Source: Mesotaenium endlicherianum
Taxonomy: Eukaryota
Direction of reading: 5' to 3'
Assembly (NCBI GenBank): GCA_009602735.1
Contig: WELA01003597.1
Location: 566,882 to 599,427 of the forward strand
DNA length: 32,546 bases
Shown: one piece after another, positions 11,319 through 20,380 of the stretch
How the letters are laid out: each line of letters starts with the position of its first letter
Position numbering within the stretch: the first letter of the stretch is position 1
The notes under the pieces: model-generated
What the model saw: only the letters and a program-made list of their open reading frames with translations
What the model was told of the DNA's origin: nothing
Database searches by the model: none
Program-made: the position numbers and the translations under genes

Positions 11319-11582
11319 TCATATCACAAATGGAATTAGTGTAGTCATGATATCATGCACAAGATTAAGTATCTTGACAGGGAAGAACGTAGTAGAGAGA
11401 GTTAGAGCATGCAATACCTGGTGCAAATAATTTGAAAGTGCGAGTGTGCTTGAGAGAGAAGTGAATGTGAGTGCAGTTGAGTGTGGAGGATGGATATGCA
11501 AAGGCAATCGGCAATCGGCTACTTTTTGAGATGTTTATCCCACTCCCTCCAACTTAATGTTTAGGTGGGTTGCCTATTTCAA

Positions 11583-11652
11583 CTGTCATTGGGCTACCTG
11601 TCACAACTGTCACTCCCTGTCAGCTACTGTCACTTTCTGTCACTAACTGTCA
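11583..11652. repeat. Array of seven CTGTCA (TGACAG) motifs, the last five at an exact 10-bp period
   Basis: CTGTCA starts at 11583, 11598, 11607, 11617, 11627, 11637 and 11647. Confidence 0.9.
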
Positions 11653-11769
11653 CTTTAAGCCACGTTTGGCCACATTTCCCCTCGAACAATGGAGACAGGA
11701 CCTCCGGTCACTTTTCCATGTCAAGCAGAATGATAGTTAGGGAGGTGTCCCAGCCTTCCAAAGGTAAAA

Positions 11770-14700
11770 TCATTTCAATGCCCCTTTGGCATTGGTCAAA
11801 TGGTCCTTAATTTCCCAGGTTTCCCCAGAGGCATCGTAGCCCTTCCATTGAACCAGATATTTCATGACATATTTAGATGATCGACGGACAGAGCAAGCTT
11901 CTAAAATCTCATCAATCTCATATTCCTCAAGTTCACCTTCCCGGACAGCGGGGACTGGTCCCGGTTGGACAGGTAGCCGACCACTGAACAGTGTCTCACC
12001 TTTGATGTAGGGTTCCAGGAAAGAGACATTAAAGACTGGGTGACCCTTGTATTCTGCTTGCATGTTCAGTTTGTAAGCATTCTGACCGACCCAGCGCACC
12101 ACCGAATATGGATCAACCTAAATTGGACCAAGCTTTTTCTTGACGACACCAGGCAGGTACAAGTGTTGAGATTACAGTTTGACCAAATCGCCCATTGAAA
12201 ATGCCAGCTCTCGACGGTGTTGATTAGCGTATTTTTGTTGATTTTCTTGGTTTTGTGCAGATTGTGTTGGACTTCTGACAGGGTGTCAGTAAACTCCTGA
12301 GTTAACCTGTATAGACACCGGATTGTCAATCCCATTAGGGTGAGTTAAAGAATCCCCTAGCACATCTGAAGGAGACTTAGGGAATCTACCCAGACTAAAT
12401 TTCAAAAGGAGTCTTTCCCGTTGACGCATGCGCCGCACTGTTGATCGCAAATTGAATTTGAGGCAACAGGTCATCTCAATTATCTTGTTTTTGGTTAATA
12501 TATGCTCTCAGCACCTCTTGCAGAACGCGGTTAGTTATTTCAGTCTGCCCATCAGTCTGAGAGTGGTTTGCTATGTTGAGCAGCTGTTTGACTCCCATTA
12601 ACCCCATTAAAGCTCTCCAGAACTAAGAGGTAAATTTTGAGTCTCTGTCTGAGATAATTATAAAGGGTAGCCCATGTTGACATACTACATGGTTGTAGAA
12701 CTATCTCGCACTTTTGAGTGCAGTTACTTTAACAGTGGTGGGGATGAAAATGACAATTTTTGTCATTTTATCCACTCCTACCAGTATAGAATCATGCCCA
12801 TTGGCAGTTCTTGGTAGTGTTACCACCCAACCCATGGATATTGTTTCCCAAAGTTCACCTGGGATGGGTAGTGGTTGTAATAGTCCCTCGAGTGGTGTGT
12901 GCCTCAAACCAGCAGCAGTTTGACCAGCACCAGCAGCAAATGCTGGTCAAATTGGACCTTTCTAACTTTTAATAATGTGAGTGCACAAAGGACTTTATCT
13001 ACAGCATGTTGACTAAAGTTCCTTTCTTGAAAATCAGGTCTTCTAGAGAGCGCATCAGCAGCATTCAACTTCCCTGGTTTGTAGTTAATCTGGACTTGGA
13101 ACTGCTCCAGCATCTAGCTCCAGCAGTTCTCCCTCCTGAACAGCATGGACTTCTTCTGAAAGTGAGTCAAAGCTAGATGATCTGTAATCACCTTAAAACC
13201 TTTACCATGTAAGTATGCCTCACTGTTTGAGAACATGAATGATAGCAAGCTGCTCTTCATCATGCACAGAGTAGTTAATTTCAGCTCAGCTGAATTTCAT
13301 AGACTCATACAGCACCGGGTGCCACTCCTGCTTTACTATACCATTCTTTGTGGTTTTGTCAGCAGGCTGCAATAAAATAGCACTCATGGCAAAGTCAGAA
13401 GCATCAGTAACCACCTGCACAGGTTTGCTGGGATTATACACAGCTAAGACTGGGGCAGAACACACAGCATTTTTAAGGGTCTGGAAGGCAGCTTGCTGCT
13501 CTTCCCCCCACACATACCCTATGTCCTTTCTTAGTAAGGTCAGTCAGTTTATTGGCCTTTATAGAATAATTCTCAATGAATCTTCTATAGTAGTCAGCCA
13601 ACCCAACGAAGGATCTAACTTCCGAGACCGACTGTGGTACTGGCCAGTCCCTTATGGTCTGGACTTTCTTAGGATCCACACTGATGCCTTTTTTACTGAC
13701 AACGTGGCCCAAGAATTCAATACTTTCCTTAAAGAAATCACACTTGCTCATTTTAGCATTTAACCAATTCCTTCTTGGAGTGTCCATGATTGTTTTTAAG
13801 TGCTAAGCATGCTCAGCTTTATTTTTAAGAAAATTACAATATCATCCAAGAAGACTTGCACAAACTTATCCAAGTAAGGCCTGAAGATGTCATTCATAGC
13901 ACTCATGAAAGTTGCAGGAGCATTAGTCAGTCCAAATGGCATCACATTAATCTCATAGTGTTTATAATGTATGCGAAAGGCAATCTTGTGTTCATCTTCC
14001 TTAGCAATTTTGATTTGATAATAACCACTCTTGAGATTCATCTTACTGAATGCTTTAGTACCAGACAGGGTATCAAACAAGTCCTCGATTATGGATAAAG
14101 CATACTTGTTCTTTATTGTAATTCTCTTAAGAGCTCTGTAATCCTCACACACTTGCATACTACCATCCTTCTTCTTAACGAATAGGATGGGTGCGCCATA
14201 CGGTGACTTATTGTGGAAAATATAACCACTTTTCGCCAACTCTGCAATCTGTGTTTTCAACTCTTTGCATTCCACAAAAGACAAGCCATAAGTGTGTTGC
14301 CAAGGTGGCTGACTCTCGGGTGATAAATCAATCCTATAATCTACTTCCCTCTTTGGGGGCAGTCATGGAGGCAAATTAAAAACATCAGTATACTGAGCAA
14401 CAATTTTTGCAGCAGTAGGGTGCTCCGGAGGCCTCACCTTTTTCTCAATTACTTCTTCAGGTTGAGGAGGTACCTCTTTTAGCAACAAATAAAACATTCT
14501 GTGTTCCTTCTGGTTCCAGCATTCGATGAACTCCATTGCATTAAGCAATTTGCATTGTCCTGAAAGCCTCTTTTTTTCCTTCATTTGCCATCCATACGGG
14601 ACAAAAGGAAGAGCACTGGTGGGTGCCAAGTCAGTCTGCCCATCACTGGCTCCTCTCACTTTAACTGTACCTCTGCTCCAACAAACTTCAGCTTGATGTC

Positions 14701-15240
14701 TATTAAGCCAGGACCTGCCTAGCACGAGATCATAAAAGCCAGTGTTGAGTACCTCAAATGTAAGCGTTTCGGTTAGAACTGCAATGCCAAAACCTAGTTG
14801 GACCTCAATAGGCTTGGTTATAACTCCTCCCGGGATACTTGAGGCATCTCCAAGGAATATTTTTCTATTCCCTTGGGTGACAGTAGGCAGCCTTAGCCGC
14901 TTACCTAAGTCCTTGTAGATAAAAGTATGTGACGCCCCTCCGTCAACAAATGCCCTCACCTTCGTACCTGCAATCATGCAATGCAGTAGGATAGGGGGGA
15001 CTGTCTTTTCCTGACTTTTGCATTGTTCTTCTGACTTAGCAAAGAAATGTTGGACATTAGGTGGAACAAGATCATCCAAAGTGTGCACTCTTTGGAGATC
15101 TATATTGCTGATGGTCGCCTTTACCTGGTTGTCAGGCATGCATAGTGAATCCAGTTTAGCAGGACTCATAATACCAACCACGAGGGCAGCTAGTGACAAC
15201 TCACTATCTGTAGCATTCTCACAATCAGTAGACTGGAATT
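11770..15240 (-). pseudogene. pol: pol of element C (protease, RT, RNase H, integrase, chromodomain), heavily frameshifted; integrase zinc-binding region deleted
   Basis: FVDGGASHTF (PR); [27 protein letters not shown] and FLDDIVIF (RT); VTDASDFA (RH); LQPLPIP..W.TISM (INT); HPVFNVSFL; YEIDEILE...YLVQWKGYDASGETWE (chromodomain). Confidence 0.93.
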
Positions 15241-15299
15241 CCGTTGCTGTCTTTTAAAGGCTGGTCCTTTTTCTTGACCTTTGGAAGATGCTTAACCGG

Positions 15300-15768
15300 T
15301 GTAACAATTTGCCGCGTGGCCGGATGCGGCGCGTGCGACACGTCGCGGAATGCGACCGGATGTGTCGGTTTGAATTTGATAAGTACAATTGGCGCGCGAT
15401 CTAAGTACCTCGATTTAACATTTCGGTCATATCGCTACATTTGTATCGGAGCGCGAACGTACGCACCCGTGTCGAGAAGATGAGGATTCAAATTCCGCGA
15501 AACTCGTCGATGGTATGACCGTACGGCGATCTTTGGTTTGTGCAAAGAAAGGACACTATCCTGAAACAATGTCTCACGGGTGTCGGAGCATGAGTGCCCG
15601 GGACGTGCACACTTGTAGGTGGAAGGAGTGTAACGATCCGCCGCGTGGCCGGATGCGGCGCGTGCAACATGTCGCAAAATGCGACCAGAAGTGTCGAATT
15701 GAAATGTATAAGTACAATTGGCGCGCGATCTAGGTACACCGAGTTACCTTTTTGTTTGTATCGCTACG
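15300..15768 (+). mobile_element. TRIM (terminal-repeat retrotransposon in miniature), 469 bp
   Basis: 140-bp LTRs at 15300-15439 (TG..CA) and 15629-15768 (TG..CG); PBS-like TTGTATCGGAGC 15441-15452; PPT AGGTGGAAGGAG ending 15628; TSD ACCGG at 15295-15299 and 15769-15773; 189-bp non-coding interior. Confidence 0.93.
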
Positions 15769-16057
15769 ACCGGACACTGCTCCTTGTCGTGACCCAGCTG
15801 CTGGCAATAGTAGCAAATAGATTTTGTTGAGGCTGGTCTCGGCGTAGTCCTACCACCACCTCTTCCATAGCCACCCCGAGAGTATCCATCTCTCCCTCTA
15901 TATCGTATAGCATTATACTCGTACTCGTACTCATCAGTCTGATTGTCCTCAGCCTGATCTCCTTCAATTGCATTGTAGAAATCGTGTGGCTTTTGGACAA
16001 TCTTAGACACCAAAGCATTACTCTGGCGCTTATGATTGAACCGTTGCTGATCCCAGG

Positions 16058-16336
16058 CCTAGTTTTGAAATTTGGATACGGCGCATACGGATTCGTGGAT
16101 TCGCAATACGTACAAAACGTGAGAGTCACACCTGTACGTTGGAATACGCTGAAATACGTGAGTGTCGGTGGAATAAATCAACTATAAATTAGAAATAAAT
16201 TGAAAAATCTGGTTCACGCCAATACGCCTAAACGCCAATATACGCCAATGCGCCAATACGGAGTATCATAATACGGAGTATTGCAATACGTACGATTCAG
16301 CCAAAAGAGGCTGTACGGGAGAATTTTGAAACAAAG
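16058..16336. mobile_element. hAT-type MITE, 279 bp
   Basis: 8-bp TSD ATCCCAGG at 16050-16057 and 16337-16344. Imperfect TIR CCTAGTTTTGAAATTT versus reverse complement CTTTGTTTCAAAATTC (11/16). Many subterminal ATACG and CGCCAAT repeats. Excision restores the gag frame. Confidence 0.85.
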
Positions 16337-17461
16337 ATCCCAGGCATCAGCATCCTGAATCAAGTCAGCCAGTTTCTCATATTTCTATTCAGCAAAATGA
16401 CCTGAGACTTCCGAGTTCAAGCCATACTTGCTATCCTATACCGCTTCCGGCAATTCTAGCCGCTTCATCATGTTCTCTTAGAACTTTTGAGCAAACTCAG
16501 CAACTGAAGTGGTCTGCTTCAATGTCAAGGAGATCATTGCATAGATAGCTTTCTTCTGCTGATTGATAACATCAAACTTCTTATGCGGCTTCTCGACAAA
16601 CTCTACCCAAGAAGGGTCATTGATTTGTTGAGCCTTACGCTCTCCTTTCCAATACAGCCACCAGTGTGCTACACTGCCTTTCAGTAGATAACCAGTGTGC
16701 CTGACCTTCTCGTACTCTTGCAATTCTGGGTAGTTCTCCAGCCACTGCTCAATATCAGCAAGAAACTTGATCTGGTAGTACTTTTTGTTTTCCTCAAAAT
16801 CATAGTCCTAGGGAGGTTTTGGCTTAGGCTTACTAGGCCCTCTACCACCTCCACCAGTGGTTTGAGAACCCAGTTGGTCTTTGTCACGCAGCAATGCCAT
16901 CATGATCCTTTTGTCCTCCTGTTGGGACTGATACATGCTCGCCATTTGCGGTTGCATCTGCACAAATAAAGCTCCCATATCCACATTCTGAGGTGGTAGC
17001 CCAGCAAACGCAGCAGCAGCAACATTAGCTCACTTTAGTAGCAGCTTCGGCATTCCCGATTGCTGCCACTCCGGCTATGCCTGTTGCGCTCAATTGTCTG
17101 CGAATTTGAGGAAGAGGTATGACAGTAGGCATAGCAAGAGGGTGGTTTTGGTGATTGGCCCTCTTTGCCATATGCTCTTCCACCGTGTTTTCATCAGGGG
17201 CCCTCCTGTTTACTGCCTCCTCTACCTCTTTGGCTAAACGCTCATCCTCAGCCAACAGAGCTGCTACTGCAGCAAGAGCTGTTGCCTGCTCAGCAGCTTC
17301 TCTAGCTCCTGCATCGTGCAGAGTTTCTAAGTAGGTACGGGGTCCAAAAACGCGACTTTCGTCCTGCCCTCCTACAATGTTATCATTGTCCTCGCCCTCC
17401 ATTTCCCGAGAGTTGCTAGCTTGTGACCTTGTCCTTACCATACACGACTACTGTGAGATCT

Positions 17462-17473
17462 GCTCCGAAACCA
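17462..17473 (-). promoter_or_regulatory. Primer-binding site (tRNA-iMet type) of element C
   Basis: Minus strand TGGTTTCGGAGC, 1 nt after the LTR's terminal CA. Confidence 0.85.
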
Positions 17474-17474
17474 T

Positions 17475-18221
17475 TGAAATAAATTGACTTACCAGTAGGT
17501 GATTGACAATTAATGAAGATCTTTATATCAGCAAGTAATCTTTATGGTATTTTCTGTCTATTGATTAAACAGCAAAAGATAACACACTAGCAGTGAACAA
17601 TACTTCGCACATCACATGCAAGTAAACTATCATCAATAATGCAATCAATAAACTCATACATAAGCAAGGCTAGAAGATAGTGTGTATCACTGGCTTCTCG
17701 CCTTGGATTCAGATACCTCTCAGTGAGCAGTACAAGGGAGATGGCCTCGTTTCCGATTGCTGAACTTGAGACCAATACCTAGCATATGTACATGGAATGA
17801 GTTTACTTTTCAACGGCAAGTGCGATGGCACCGCCTACCCAGGAGTTAACAACGTTGGTAGGACCTTGGCTAACCAAATCCACAGCCATCTCTCATCATC
17901 CCGAATCGCCATCCACCTTACGGGTGTCATCTGGCCACTCATCTAGCACACCACACTTAGATGCATAGCTAAGCAGTTCGCTGTTGCTGAGTACGGCAGC
18001 CAGCAGACTGTCAAAGAATGTCCGCAAGCTGACCCAAGTCAACAGGTTGACCTAATGGACTTCAACGTGTTGCTCTCAGTGGAGTCATTTAACTAAGTAT
18101 CAAATATCAAGCAGACTTAAATCCAACAGACTAAATATTAACTAAAGTTCAGCAGGCTGAACTTATTTCACTATTATATCTAGATGAATATTATATCTAT
18201 CCAACATACTGATTTATTACA
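17475..18221 (-). repeat. 5' LTR of element C
   Basis: Minus strand TGTAATAAATCAG...ATTTATTTCA, followed by the PBS and gag. Confidence 0.92.
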
Positions 18222-18228
18222 CATTTCA

Positions 18229-19347
18229 TGTGAGGAAAGGGCGCTGGTGAGTGCGCAGCATCGCGCATTCCAGCCATCGTGCGGAACGTGCCCAACCTCG
18301 CCCTTGTGCTTTTATTTCTTCAGTGGTGATATGACACCACAAGCATGGGTATGTCAAGCTTCGCCCACACAACCCATAGAAGCCATTGCTAAACTTGTAG
18401 TCCCCGCCTTGGAAAAACTTAATTGGGTATGTCGGCTCACCCACAGTGAGCCCCCCTTGGTCTTTCACCTTCTGGCAATTAGTCTTCAACCTGAGTGCAT
18501 TCTCTGTGATGTTGGTGTAGCTATCGTCGCCTTCAAACACCAACATGATGTGGTTGTTCCTAGTAAAATTTGCCATTGCCCTGTTGTCTTTGGTCACAAT
18601 TTTGCTTGCTATGGTTGTCTAATATATCCCTCTGCACCACTGAGACACATCTCCAAGTATTTGCACTCTAAGTATCCCCCTTGAAGATGTGCCTTTCATT
18701 TTCAACTCTCTCACCAGATCTCTAAGCGTCTCTTCTAGTCCTACAGACACTCACGTTTCTCCAACCTCTTGTGTGGGATTCACAGCTGCATACAATTCTG
18801 TTGCTAGTGCCTTCAATCTCCTTATAGAGGGCAGGTATGGGAAGCGTAGCGTCACTTCATCACCTATGACCTTGGGCTCCCACAAACTAGTTTCTTGAGA
18901 GTATGTTTTAGAAAGTAGATTCATCAAGAGCTGGAACTTCTCGTTTGACAGGTCCAACCTGTATTGGCAAGCAAAGGCAAGCTTTGCTTCCCACTGCAAT
19001 TCTATCTCCTTCAGTGTCTTTTTTTGTATTGTATGCTTTAGGTTTAAGTCAATTGTCATCTTTGCAAGCAAGAATTTGTTTTCTGGCCTGTTCAGAAAGT
19101 GTGCCATCGCTGCATTGTCGTCATCTGCAAATTTATCTCTCACAAAACTTGACACACCATCTCCCATTCGTAACGATGTTCTGGCACACTTTTCCCCTGT
19201 TCTGCGTTGAGTAATTGCCGGTGGGACAGCTGCAGCAGCAACCAGCTTCTCACTCTTAAGGTACAGATTGCTTCTCTTTAAACTGGCATTTTCTATCTTA
19301 ACACTAGGTGTACCAGCAAAAAAACCATTTATGGTTCCAAGTTGCAT
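18229..19347 (-). pseudogene. N-terminal and central half of the same RAG1/Transib/Chapaev-like transposase
   Basis: ORFs 18751-19347 and 18226-18597 are one frame broken by TGA (18751) and TAG (18619). Motifs are AFACQYRLDLSNEKFQLL...FPYLPSIRRLK, LRVQILGD (first Asp, 18649-18651) and FFQGGDYKF...GL...YPCLWC (second Asp, 18400-18402, plus CxxC). It joins the 1226-2169 half through the TGTGA TSD. Confidence 0.8.
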
Positions 19348-19646
19348 AATCCTGGAATCCTTATTGATAAATCAGCAGAATAGGTGTGGCTAAATGAGAT
19401 GTTTGACCTTGTAGATTAGTCTCTCTAATTTAGAGTAAGCTAGGTTTCTCGGAAAATCCGGCAGTTTAGAGTGTACTTTTGTAGCTCCCACACGTGTGAA
19501 AAGGCGAGGCGGAAGTCTATTCAAGCATATCTTCCACTTTTAGCATACTGTTCCTGATTTTTTGTAGCATACTCCTATGTATTTTAAAACCACAAGACTT
19601 TATAACAGGTCATTTGTCCTACTACTTTTACAAATATAGCCATCCA

Positions 19647-20380
19647 TGAAAGAGGCAGAGTGCCCAAGTGGAAGCGTAGTGACTTACGAAGAAAAGAACT
19701 AGTGGCAATCATACGAAATGGTGCAGCGGCACATCACTAAGAATGCTTAGGAAAAAACTCAACATTTTGAGTAGCAACAAGTGCTCACAACTGAAATAGG
19801 ATAAAAGGCCTCGTCATTACAAACCCGTAGAAATTTACACAACTGAAAACTGATAAGAAACAAAGAACTTATGCCTATTTATAAGTTTTTGCCTAAGTGC
19901 TTTTCTCTAGGAGGAAGCTACAAATTTTCCCAAGTGTTCGTCAAATTGTCCCTTCCAGAATATTTGTGACTAAGCCAGATCAGTTTCATTTGACGTGTCG
20001 GGCCGAATTGACGTCCACATACATGCATTGACATTACTAGAATATTCTATCTTAGACGCGCTAGACAATACTGAAACTTCTAGGTAAATCGACCAAGTCG
20101 GCACTCCGCGTCAGCCGAACTTACGTGAAGGTTCGAGTTCATTCTAACGGGCCAGATCGCTCGACGCTGTCGGTCAATCCGACGATCGCGCTCACCGCAA
20201 ATGAAGGACAATCGACCTCAAAACTAATTAAAGTTCGGAAATCCATAACTCTCTCAATACTTGACCAAATTCGATGACTTTATATCAAAATGGCCACAAA
20301 AATGCACTCTACACTACTATACAATCAAAACATACTTCCATAAATTTCAAAAATGCACTTTATAGACCTATGACCTTATA
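19647..20380 (-). repeat. 3' LTR of element A
   Basis: Direct repeat of 24609-25344, roughly 90-95% identical by eye; initial TG mutated to TA. Confidence 0.95.

Larger units (their letters stand above)
15213..17441 (-). pseudogene. gag: gag of element C, interrupted by a TRIM and a MITE
   Basis: MVRTRSQ start just after the PBS; LLKGSVAHWW...W.EF...LKQTTSVAEF capsid motif; zinc knuckle CYYCQQLGHDKEQC. Removing both inserts restores the frame (DADAWDQQRFNH; EQCPVKHLPK). Confidence 0.88.
8772..18221 (-). mobile_element. Element C: Ty3/gypsy chromovirus with an extra 3' ORF, decayed
   Basis: LTR pair of about 750 bp, PBS 17462-17473, PPT about 9532-9547, order gag-PR-RT-RH-INT-chromodomain, TSD CATTT at 8767-8771 and 18222-18226. 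The left boundary is ambiguous: 8772 by TSD, 8779 by ungapped LTR alignment. Confidence 0.92.
2170..18228 (+). mobile_element. Element D: non-autonomous (LARD-like) LTR retrotransposon, about 6.6 kb of own sequence, hosting element C
   Basis: Two 1.2-kb direct repeats start TGTAATGAATCAG (2170, 7516). PBS at 3379-3390, purine-rich tract at 7503-7515, TSD TGTGA at 2165-2169 and 18229-18233. No gag/pol motifs are recognisable in 3391-7515. Confidence 0.88.

Noticed and set aside
16216..16295. CRISPR-like or satellite array
   Set aside because: Irregular 5-13 nt repeats without spacers, explained as MITE subterminal motifs.
19348..19646. N-terminal extension of the RAG1-like ORF through the element A insertion site
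   Set aside because: The frame can be read on, but it has four stops in about 100 codons, which is what random AT-rich DNA gives.
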